A stretch of DNA of 64,000 bases from Treponema sp. (lineage in GTDB: Bacteria; Spirochaetota; Spirochaetia; Treponematales; Treponemataceae), in contig JAFPUF010000130.1 in the NCBI GenBank assembly GCA_017395545.1, forward strand, positions 435-64,434, read 5' to 3'. Positions 29,282 through 40,400 of the stretch are shown piece after piece. The notes below the pieces were generated by a model. The model saw only the letters and a program-made list of their open reading frames with translations, made no database searches and had not been told where the DNA came from. Position numbers and translations under genes: made by a program. Positions within the stretch are counted from its first letter, which is position 1. Each line of letters starts with the position of its first letter.

Positions 29282-29343
29282 AACCACAGATTACACAGAT
29301 TAGAAGGACTCGAAGACCGTTAGGTCTGAGCAAATCCGTTTGT
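29282..29343. repeat. Composite repeat: family C (aaccacagattacacagatta) plus a half copy of family B
   Basis: cgaagaccgttaggtctgagcaaatccgtttg matches the end of the 30515 element and supplies the stop codon of the 29320 gene. Confidence 0.6.
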
Positions 29344-29652
29344 TCTTTCTTTTTTCCCGGTTTTAATCAGCATCAGGATAAAAGCGATGATTACAAAAAG
29401 TCCCGGGAAAATTGCAAGTGCAAGCTGAACTATAGAAATCTCTTTTCCGAGCAGAATTATGTTTTTTGTGTGGACAAAACCAAGTTTTAAGAGAAGGTCA
29501 AAAACAATTGCAGAATAGCCTGTGACTGCTGCGAAAACCAGAAACATCCATGAAAAATCACGGGTGCGGCTCCAGAGCATTATTGCCAGAAATGCGATTA
29601 TTCCGCCGAGAACAAGTTTTATCGTAAAAAAGATGATTTCGCTTTCGGTCAT
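29320..29652 (-). CDS. Hypothetical 3-TM membrane protein
   Basis: Hydrophobic; ATGA-coupled to the upstream gene. Confidence 0.75.
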   Translation of the reverse strand: MTESEIIFFTIKLVLGGIIAFLAIMLWSRTRDFSWMFLVFAAVTGYSAIVFDLLLKLGFVHTKNIILLGKEISIVQLALAIFPGLFVIIAFILMLIKTGKKERTNGFAQT

Positions 29653-30488
29653 ACTTTGAACGGATTGTTTTTTAAAAGCGTGAAATTGCCTTTGTCCGCC
29701 CCGAACGGAACAACCGAAGGAATGTGCATGACAGGCGAAATTACAAGATGACAGTCGAGACAGTGCCGGACAAAATCCGGATATTCTTTGGGAGAAATCT
29801 TCGGGAAAAGATAAGGCCCTTTCCTTTCCCAGTATTTTGTTATGATCTGGTCGTAGATGAACCAGTCTTTTGCTTCGCGTTCCTGAATTGCCTTAATTAA
29901 ATCGTAAATCGATCGTGTAACAGCTGCACACAAAGGAGAAGAAAGAAATCTCTGGTCTGTCAGAGCTGACTCCGGAATGTCATATTTTTTGTTTTTTTCG
30001 AGGACGCTTTGAAAAATATCGTTTTTTACTGCCAGAATAAAAATATCGTTCGTCCAGGGGAGCGGGGGTGCAAAAACGATGCAGGCAACATTCTGCCATT
30101 CTACCTGTGCCGGATTCCACGGGCGGTAAAAAGAAATGCTTTCCGGGGAAATCGTTGAGGCGTGTTCAATTGCTTCGGCTTCGCTGGAAAAAATGAAAAC
30201 CCTGCGCTCGTCACCGAAAAGCTCAGCGACGGCCCTTTCAAGCTGAGACCTCTCGCGCCCGCACGGGGAAGAAAAACTTGTGTAATAGGAGCCGGTGATT
30301 CCTCTTTCAAGGACATCCTTGAGGACTGTGAAAACGCTTCCGCCCCAGCCTAAAATTGCCCTGCCACCTTCCTGATACATGTCGGTGAGACGGACTCCTT
30401 TTTCAGTGTACAGAAAGCACTTCCGTGCACGTTTTACGGCCCCATAGCGGGAGAAAATTTCAGAAGCAAGATTTAGTGAATCAATCAT
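29649..30488 (-). CDS. Hypothetical protein resembling a degenerate PLP aminotransferase N-terminus
   Basis: RARKCFLYTEKGVRLTD...GRAILGW resembles aminotransferase N-termini; no clear PLP-Lys motif. Start reassigned to 30488. Confidence 0.55.
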   Translation of the reverse strand: MIDSLNLASEIFSRYGAVKRARKCFLYTEKGVRLTDMYQEGGRAILGWGGSVFTVLKDVLERGITGSYYTSFSSPCGRERSQLERAVAELFGDERRVFIFSSEAEAIEHASTISPESISFYRPWNPAQVEWQNVACIVFAPPLPWTNDIFILAVKNDIFQSVLEKNKKYDIPESALTDQRFLSSPLCAAVTRSIYDLIKAIQEREAKDWFIYDQIITKYWERKGPYLFPKISPKEYPDFVRHCLDCHLVISPVMHIPSVVPFGADKGNFTLLKNNPFKV

Positions 30489-30514
30489 AAAATAAAAATC
30501 ACAGCTTAAAAATG

Positions 30515-30594
30515 ACAAACGGATTTGTTCGCGGCTAACGCCACTCACTTATTATAAAAAAGCGAAGACCGTTAGGACTGGCAAATCCGTTTGT
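30515..30594. mobile_element. MITE-like 80-bp element, family B
   Basis: Perfect 13-bp TIR ACAAACGGATTTG/CAAATCCGTTTGT; approximately the reverse complement of 11461-11536. Confidence 0.65.
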
Positions 30595-30638
30595 AAAATC
30601 AAAAATCTGCGTTATTTGCGGATAAAATGTGTAAACGA

Positions 30639-31208
30639 TTAGTCTTTTGCGCGCTCTACGAATGAACCGTCGCGTGTGTCGATTACGATGCGGTCATCTG
30701 TGTTGCAGAACAACGGAACTTTAACTTCCATACCTGTGTCGAGGGTTGCAGGTTTTGTTGATTTTCCTGAAGTGTCACCCTTGATTCCTGGTTCACAGTA
30801 TGTGATTGTGCGTGTTACCTGGATTGGGAGGCGGACACCAACCGGTTTGTCGTTGTAGTATGTGACTTTTACGTCGTAGTCGTCATCCGGAGAAATGTAG
30901 CCGGCGTTGTCACCGAGATAGTCTTTGTCGAGGGTAATGTCGTCGTATGTTTCCTGATCCATGAAGTGGAAGTCGTTTCCGTCGATGTAAGAGAGTTTAA
31001 CGTTCTTTTCGACGAGCTCAACTTCTTCGAATTTTTCACCAGCGTCAAGACCGAGATCCTGAGTTCCGCCGGTAACGATGTTTGCAACGCGGAGTTTTGT
31101 TACCATACCCTGGCGGCCTGATTTCTGACCGAGCATCTTCTGAACGATAAGCGGTGCACCTTCATACATAAAAGCTGTTCCGACTTTGATTTCGTTTGTC
31201 ATCAACAT
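30639..31208 (-). CDS. efp: Translation elongation factor P (Arg32 type)
   Basis: FHFMDQETYD, EPGIKGDT, KPATLDTG..VKVPLF, IDTRDG; tip loop KSGR(32). Confidence 0.95.
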   Translation of the reverse strand: MLMTNEIKVGTAFMYEGAPLIVQKMLGQKSGRQGMVTKLRVANIVTGGTQDLGLDAGEKFEEVELVEKNVKLSYIDGNDFHFMDQETYDDITLDKDYLGDNAGYISPDDDYDVKVTYYNDKPVGVRLPIQVTRTITYCEPGIKGDTSGKSTKPATLDTGMEVKVPLFCNTDDRIVIDTRDGSFVERAKD

Positions 31209-31251
31209 AATATGTTACCTCAAAATAAATAGAATAAAAATTTATGGAGTC

Positions 31252-31280
31252 AGTTTAGTACATTTTTTTGAGATGTTCAA
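31252..31280 (-). promoter_or_regulatory. Sigma-70 promoter for efp
   Basis: TTGAAC-17-TAAACT on the minus strand. Confidence 0.6.
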
Positions 31281-31285
31281 TAAGC

Positions 31286-31325
31286 GGAGAAAAGAGGAGA
31301 AAAGAGGAGAAAAGAGGAAAAAAAG
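31286..31325. repeat. 10-bp tandem repeat (GGAGAAAAGA)x3 plus a degenerate fourth copy
   Basis: Directly visible in the divergent efp/adhesin intergenic region. Confidence 0.85.
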
Positions 31326-31439
31326 CCGGGGATTATGAGAAAAATCTTACTTTAAGAAAAGTTTTATACTATCATTATATAATAATACCGATAGTGTAAA
31401 AACAGGCCTATCGTCCTTTAAAAAAAGAGAGGTGTCATT

Positions 31440-34400
31440 ATGAAAAAAAGTTTTGTGAAAAGTCTTTTTGCCGGAGCAGTCCTTCTGCTTTCCGCATTCC
31501 TTTCTTCCTGCGGTGAGAACGCGGGTCTTGGTGCTTCCGTCGATACCGAGTCGCCTAAGGTAGGAATCAGTTATCCGCCAGAGAATGCCGTAATCCGCGG
31601 TTCTTTTGTCCTTGCGGGTACCTGTGAGGATGACAAGACAATCAAATCGGTTTCTGTAAAATTCCGTTCTCCGTCGGATGACACTCTTTCTTTCGGACCT
31701 TACAGTGCAAGCGTAAGCGGCGGAAAATCCTGGCAGGTAAAGCTTAATGACTATGACGAGTCTCAATATGCCTCTTACAACGGCTGGCAGTTTCCGGACG
31801 GAACTTACACGGCCGAAGTTACAATCACCGATAACGCAGGTCACGAGACAGGCCCGGTCAGCCGCAGCTACGATATCGATAACACGCCCCCTGTCTTTGT
31901 AAACTCTGCCCCAGGCGTAAAAAAGTCGTCTGTGGACGGCGGTACTGTCACAATCAAAAAATACGGTTCCTCTTTTAAGGTCTCTGGTACAATCGCAGAA
32001 AAACACCGCGTCGGAATGAGCGTAAAAATTTACGATGCTGACGATGATATTTCTAGTGCAATACCAATCGAATATTCAGAAAGCGAAGTTGACACCTCAG
32101 GAACTTCTTCTGTTGAATTTGCGCGCTATATCAAGGGGGCGAGCGGAAACGAAAAGAATAACCGCTACTGGTCGATTTACGGCGAAGACATTACCGATGC
32201 TTCCGGGGCAAAACCTTTCAAGGCAACCATAACGCTTACGGATAACGCAAAAGAATACAATAATCCTTCCGAAGGCACGAACACCTCAACCGGTAACTCA
32301 ACTTCTAAAATTTTCATTAATGACGAGGTTTACGGCGACTATTTAAGCTCTACGACCGGAACTTCAGGCACCAATAAAGGTCTGGCACTTGCTGCTACCG
32401 ACTTTATGAATATTCTGAACGGCACGAAGACCGGCATAATTTCAGGCGGAGCTACGACAAGTGACTGCGATACTGTCCGCTCTGAATTAAATTCACTGTT
32501 TGTGGACACTACATCAGATTTGGCCTCATTCTCCCTTAATCCGAACGCAAACCCGACATACACGATTTCAGGCCTTTCACTCGAAGAAAATTCTGCAAAA
32601 AAAGCAAACTTCGGAAGCAACAAACTCTCGAAGAACTCAAGCATTACGGTCATTGCGAAAGCCGGAGAAAACGAAACGAACATTGAGCCGGCATCTATCA
32701 AAGTCTGGATTTATGATATCGGAACTCTTGAAGCCGATGGGGATGACACTACAATAACAAATGCAATAACAAACCTCGTTACGGAAGTCGCAAATGGCAC
32801 AGCCCTTGATTCTGACGGAAAATCTGCCGTAGCAGGCTGGACTCTTGTCGCTTCCAATGCAGAATCAACGGAATCTTCAAGCGCAAATTACAGTTATGCC
32901 GCAAAGATTACGAACACCCTTCAGATTGATAATTACTACATCATGGTGGCGACAGGCGCTGACCAGGACGGAGCATATTTTGCGCAGGATACATGGTACG
33001 GATTTCTGGGAAGTTCTTCTTCAAATCCTCCGGAAATCACCCTTACTGTTTCAGACAATTCTGATTCTGAGAGAACTGTTGCTGACCAGAGTTACTTCGC
33101 AAAATCTGACGACATAAAGGTAAATGTAAAAGTTCATCAGGACGACACGGAACTTGTTCTTCTTACTGCAACTGTTACGGCAAAGAACGAAGTTTCAGGT
33201 GAAGCAGTTTCAGGAACTTACACAAGAGACATCGATATGACATCTGCCGAAAAGAATTCTGACGGTGACTATGAATTTAACTACGGCTTCAATCTTTCAG
33301 AAATCGGAAACTATTCCGGCATAAAAATTGAAAGCGGAGATGAAAAATCTTACTTCTACACTTTAAAATTCAAGGCGACTAACAAGAGCGGCGGCACAAC
33401 GGAGAATCAGGTTTCCCTCCATGTTGACGCAATAAAGCCTGTCGTAAGCGTCACCTCCGTAACTCCTTATGTTGAGGGAGCTGACCGCACTGACATTACG
33501 AATGTTTCCGAAGACAACACCTATCTCAATGGAACGATTAAAGTCGGCGGAAACGTCACGGAATCAAACCTCAGCGACGTAAGCTATGAAATTTATGTGG
33601 ACGATTCAAAAGTCGGGGATGCGGTTTCTCTCGGCCAGACATATCAGTTCTCACCGGCAATCGACACGGCAACGCTTGCAGACGGAAAAACTTTAAAAGT
33701 AAGAATTATCGCAACTGACGAAGTTGGAAATACCGGAGAATCAGATACGACAATTTATAACGGTGAAGTGTTCAACATTCTTCAGGCGACAGATAAGCCT
33801 CTTATTTCTGTCTCGAATGCGGATATAACCGGAACTGATGCAACAGACATTGTTTCTGAAAATGTTTTTGAAGATTCAACATCAAATATTGTAAAAGCAA
33901 CAATCAAGGATGACGACGGAATCGCAAAGGTAGACGTAAGCCTCTACGACGAAAACGGAACTCTGAGAGGAAAAACTACTGTATATTCCGTAGATTCATC
34001 TTACCGCACAAGCTATTCTCTAAAATATTCTCTTCCTTCTGAGAATGGAAGTGCCGTTCAAGGAATTTACGGCCTTAAAATCGATGTCTATGACTCAACT
34101 TATACAGAAGCAGCTAAAGATAACCGTTCTGCTACGACAGGTATTTTCTATGTCGGTGTTGATACAGGCTCTCCAAGCCTCACTGAAACGACTGTCGGAA
34201 GTGACGGAGTTACGAAGAATGCTTCGGACGGAACCTTTACTTTGAGCGGTACTGCCGGTGATGTAAACGGAATAAAATCCCTTGCCATTATCGACACTTC
34301 AAATTCCAATAAATCATACGAAGTTGCTATCTCAGACTTTACAAAAACTTCTCTTACAAATGCGTGGTCACAGAGTTTCGTAATCGGTTCTGCAAATTCT

Positions 34401-37400
34401 TCTGCTGAAAACTATATTGCCGACGGAAAACACATTTTCCAGATTACGGCGGAAGATACAACCGGAAAGACAACCTCAGTAACAAGAACCGTTACCGTTG
34501 ATACGACCGCTCCTTCATTTACGAGCGATCCTATTGCTTCTATTTCCGGGGCCACTTCAAACGTAATTGACGGGAAAACCTGGTACAAGACGGATTCCCT
34601 CCCTCTCAGGGGAACGGCAAGCGACGGAACTGACGGAACCGGAATCGCTTCGGTAGAATACAATGTTTCGACATCAACGACAGAGCCTGCTGCAGATGAC
34701 GAGAACTGGAAACAGTTTGCCGGAACTTCTTCATTCAGCGGAACTGTTGAAGGAATTGTTTCAGGCACATCTTATATCTGGATTAAGCTTACCGACAACG
34801 CAGGAAACACAACTTCCGGCAGAATCGGAACCTGGTATATTGATACAGCTTCACCTTCCGTTACTGAAGGTTCTGTAAGAGTCGGAGGAACAGAAGTTTC
34901 TGAAAGCTCTCCGTATTATTCAAACGGAACTGCAGACGCAGAAATCACATTCTCTGTTAAGGATCCGGCCGACGGAAGCGGAATAAACACGGACAAAGTT
35001 TATGTTCTCCCGTATTCTTCTCTCTCAACGGACAGTGAAATTGCTGCAAACAAAGCGGCTGTATCCGGAGGAACTGCGTCATTCACGGTTTCTTCAGACG
35101 TAATCACAAAATCCGGCACGGTTTACGCCCGAATTTACGACAACGCAGGAAACTATACAGACACCAGCCTCTTTGCAGTCACTTTTGACAGCACTAAACC
35201 AAAGAGCAATAATCCTGTTGTAGAGGACACTTCAAGCTATAATGCTTATAAATCCGGAACTGATACTGACGGAAATCCTCAGTATTATGTGAACAACTCA
35301 AAAGGAACGTTCACATTCTCCGGAATTGCAACTGATAATCTCGGTATTTCTAAAGTCGAACTTTCTGTTACGGACGGAACAAAGACCGTTACTGCAGAAA
35401 ACACAGGAACCACAAGTGAATACAAATTTGAGAACGTAAATCTCTCAACTTTAAGCGGAAGTGCAACTGCGACGGTTACAATCACTGACCTCGCAGGAAA
35501 TACCGCCGAAAATTCAGCCGCCAACCCGACAAAAATCAAACTTCTGTTCGACGTGACTGCCCCGACCGGCGTTCATAACACTGATGCCGAGGGAAAAGAC
35601 CTGAATTTCCGAATCGGTGAAAATGACAACGACGATATAAATTCAACTGACAACGCATCTCTCTGGAGCGAATCTCTCGATACAGATGTCGGCGGAAAAT
35701 ATAAATCAGGAACTTACGGAAACGCAAACACAATCAAAATTCGCGGAACCTTCAATGAAGAGGGCAGCGGCACAAGCATGATTTACTACAAAGTCGCCCA
35801 GACTGAAAGCGATTTGACGGATTTTGCCACAAAATATGCTTCTTCAAATACAGGATACTTTGCACCGCTTGGAAGTGCAGAATCACGCCGCGTATTCTAC
35901 AATGTGACTCACGACGCAGCAGATTCTCTCGGCGGAACAAAATTCTCTGAAGGAACGAAATACGACAGATATTACACAAGTATTGACTCAACTTACGACT
36001 CAACTTTGTCAGGTTTCCAGCAAGGCGAAAACTATCTTGCTATTGTCGTGGTAGACAATGTCGGAAACGCAAAACTTGATACTGTTGAAAAATACACAAT
36101 CAATGTAGATACAAAAGTTCCTGAAGCAGAGCCGGATTCAACCGAAACTGTCCTCACAAACGGAAAGTATGATGACGATTCTGTCGCTGAAACTGCAGAA
36201 ATCCTTACATTTACAGGAAAAGCGACGGACGCCGCTGCCGGACTTTATTCAATCACATTTGAAGTTGACGGACACACTATTTCTGAAAAATCTACAGATT
36301 ACGGAACTATGTCAACTTCTCAGACTACAGCGGACAGCGACGCAGAGTGGTCATGGACTTTAAAATTAAAGAAAAAACTCTTTAATGACACCACAAAAAC
36401 AAATCTCTCTATCTCTGCTCATGTAACTGACAAGGCCGGAAGCGGAAACAGTCAGAGCTACAATGTTGGCAATATCTCGATTGATAAGACGGCTCCGACA
36501 ATTTCATTGACGAGCCCGACTGACGCTTACAAAACGACATCGTCAGTTACAGACATCAACAAAACAATTACTCTGAGCGGAAATGCAGAAGACGGAAACA
36601 CACTGCCTGCCGACAAAGACGGAGTCAGCCAGACAATTACGAAGATTGAATATTCAACAGACGGAACAACCTGGACAGACTCAGGTCTTACGGTCAGCGG
36701 AAACTATTCGTTTACATCTTCAGACTTTGACACAACGACCCTTTCAGACAAGGCTACATATTATCTGAGGGCAGTCGGCGTTGATAAGGCCGGAAACACA
36801 GGCTATTCAAATTCTGTAACAGTGTATGTAAACCAGGAATCTGACCGCCCTGTCATCAACTTCACGAACCTTACGACAAACGCAGACGGTGAGTACATCT
36901 TAAAGCTTTCTGACTCAGGAACGGTCGAAGGAACGATTACGGACGATGATTCTACTGCAACGCAAATCGTAAAATCATTCACGGTCACAGAACTCGCTTC
37001 TGCCGATGCAACAAGCGGAACGGACAAAACTGTCACGGTTTCTTCTTCAGGTGACTTTACTTTCGAGCCGGATGACAAATCTGAAGGAGCAAAATACTAC
37101 AAATTCACTGTTGTTGACAACAAAAACACGACATTTACATCTAAAGAGGGAACAACTGCTACAAACTGGAACTGGTCAATCCCTGTCCTGACAGTAAAGA
37201 GCACGGCAATCGCAGATTCTGCCGATGATGTCAACACGGCAATCGCTACGACAGCATTCACATACAAATCGGATAACGAGTCTCCTGTAATTGACAGCGT
37301 TTATGCTCTTGCTTCTGATTCTTCAGGAAATGCAGAAGATTCTTCATCAATGATTTCTGCCGCTTACTACGCCGGAGGAAAAGCGCGCCAGTCTGTAGTC

Positions 37401-40400
37401 CTCACAATCAACGCGAGCGACACGAACGGAATCGCAGGAATAACGGCTGTTTTAAAGAACGGAAACTCAACAATCGCTTCTTACAAGACAACAACTGAAA
37501 GTACGATTGCAGGAAAATCTCTTCCGACGACATACACATGGGTGAAAAACGGAACATACTCTCCAAGCGGAACAACGGCAGCCTGGGAACTTCCTGCTCT
37601 CGATGTTTCTTCTTACACAGGCACAATTTCGCTTATTATTACGCCGTACGATAAATCTGGTCTGACCGGAAACAGCACGCAGACCTTCTCACTCGACAAT
37701 GAAGGCCCATCTGTTACTGTAACGAGCCATAAAGATGCGGCTTCTGATTCAACAAAACAGTATAACGGCTCTCAGACTCTTACAGTTGCCACTTCAGATA
37801 CGAATGAAACGGCAAGCATCAGGTATTTCGTTCCGACAAAAACTCAGGTCTCTTCATGGTCTTCTTATACAGATACACAAAAAGAAGCCCTTTCATGGGA
37901 TTCTGCAGGCGAAATTGCAGATGCAGCAACAGGAAACTTTGCATTCACCGGAACAAATCTCCTTGACCAGTATGCAAGCTCGACATATGCAAGTTCTACA
38001 GGCACAGACAGCGACACAGGTACAACATGGTATGTAATTCCTGTCTGGTTCAGGGCCGTTGACGAATTCGGAAACATTGCTTACTCAACTTCGTACTCAA
38101 TCAAGTTCAATCCAGATTTGGACAAACCGATTACGAAGTTTACTTATCCTGAAACAGATAAAACTCTTGGCGGTACAATCCGTGCAATGGGAACTGCAGA
38201 AATTCCGGGCGGAGTTGAAAACACAAGCGTTTCAAGCGTCTATCTCCAGATTGGCGCAAGTACTTCTTATACAACATCTGACAAAACAAAGGCCGGAGCA
38301 GGCTCTGGTAACTACGGTTACACTGTAGTAAGTGCTTACGATGTCATCAATGAAATCGCTGGAACTTCATGGTCTTCAACAAACCAGCCGGATGACGCTC
38401 AGGCTGTAAAATACGGCTTTGAGAGTGCGGAGGCTCTTGCTTCATGGTGGGGCATAAAGACTACAAACAACACATGGAAACTCAACCTCAACGAAAACGG
38501 TGAGATGAACCCGACAGGTGAGGAAATGAATACTGTTTACCTGCGTGCATGTTCAGTAAACTCAAATTTCAAATTTGGTGCATGGTCTGACGATGTAAAA
38601 GTCAGTATCAATAAATCAGCTCCTGGAATGAGCGGAAAACTCTATCAGTTCACGACAGCTCCTTCTTCAACAAATATTACATCTGTAACAACGGACGGAA
38701 ATGTTACCGGAGAAAAAGAATACGAAACAGGCATGTACATCAAGGGACAGTGGTATATCGAATGTACTGCTACCGAAACTACTGCCGGCTCTAAAGTAAC
38801 AATCGACGGCGTAACAAAAGACGGCGAAACTCTTGTAAAGGGAACTGATTATTTCCAGACGGCAGATGAAGATTCTTCAATCAAGGTTTACATTCCTGTT
38901 GATTCTTCTGCTTCAAGCACGACTGTATACAAAGTCACAGCAATCGACGGAACAGGCTTGTATTCTGCTACCGACACCTACTCAATCAACGTGGATAACA
39001 CAGCTCCGACAATCAAGCCTCTTTATAGCGATTATGATAATACAAATGCAATCGCTATGACTAAGATTGAGAACTCTAACTATAAGTACGACATTTACAG
39101 TACAACGGAAGAAGAGGGTGCCGGCCTTGCATTCATGGCGATTTACTTCATGCGTGATGGAAAAGTCGAGCTTCCTTTGCCGTCTATTACTTCAACAACA
39201 AGCGCGGAAACAAAAGTCACAAAGGGAACTAAATATTCCGGAACTCTCACTCAGGTTACAAGCGATGAGTCTGGCGAAGTTCTTTATGGTGTGAATGGAA
39301 CATTGTCTGCTGTAACTGCAAGCGGAAGCACAACGACAATTACTTCAAGCGTTATCACGAGCGATAATTCATTCATCAGAAACGGAAGCCTTGTTAAGAT
39401 TTCTGGTAGTTATTATGCTCTTTCTAATGTAAACACGACTGACCACACTGCGACTGTCGCAACTACATTCGGAACGACTCCGACAACCGCATTCTTTGCG
39501 GCGGCAATCGCTTCTAAGACAAGCGGCGAGGGCGGCTCTACTTCTGGTGGAGTTACTACAATTTCAAAGGATGACGGCGACGGATTTGTTGACCCTCTCG
39601 ATAAGAGCGGAAGCATCTACACATGGCAGCTTGAATTCTTCTCGGATGAGCTTGCCGACGGTATTGTTGACATCGTTGTCGTTGCTGCCGATAAAGCCGG
39701 TAACTACAGCACAGACACAACAAAAGTCATGCTCACGAACCATAAGCCTCGTGTTTCAAAAGTCTTCCTTGCTACCGACTTGAACGGTGACGGAACATTC
39801 ACTGAAGATGAATTCGGCTACACAAAAGCTTCAAGTGAAACAACTTACTATGCATACTCAGCTTTGAGCGATGACGGAAAAGAACAGGTTTCTTCTGTAC
39901 TTGCTGCAAATAACTTTGCCGTAAAAGATGGCCTTGCCGTTACATTTGAGATGGTCGGTGCAAGTGATTCTTCAAGCAATGCGGCTCGAAGTGGTGGCGG
40001 AAACAATCTCTATTACATTACAAAACTTCTGACTGCAAGTTCTGACTCTCCGGCAACAGGGACGACAACAGCTAAGCTTTCAGATATGAGCGGAACTACA
40101 AGCGGAAAAATCAATGTCACAACTGATGCGGCAAAAGTCTCAAGCACGACAGGTCTTGTTCTTACGAACAGTAATATCACTTCGGCAACCGGTTGGGATT
40201 CATCTATGGAGAACGAAACGAGCCTTGCAACTCAGAGCGTCGTTCAGTTCACCCTCTGGGATGATGTAAATAATACGACTACAATCGGAACTAACGACAC
40301 AACTGATTCTGACGGAAATATAACTGCATTCGGAAACCAGTACACAATCGTAAACATTCCGGTTTACTTCGATATGACCGATGATGTTAAGCCTGCTTCT

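Noticed and set aside
31347-32006. 219-aa antisense ORF (and 43397-43795, 744-1637 and other short overlapping ORFs)
   Set aside because: Shadow frames of well-supported genes, without RBS or recognisable motifs.
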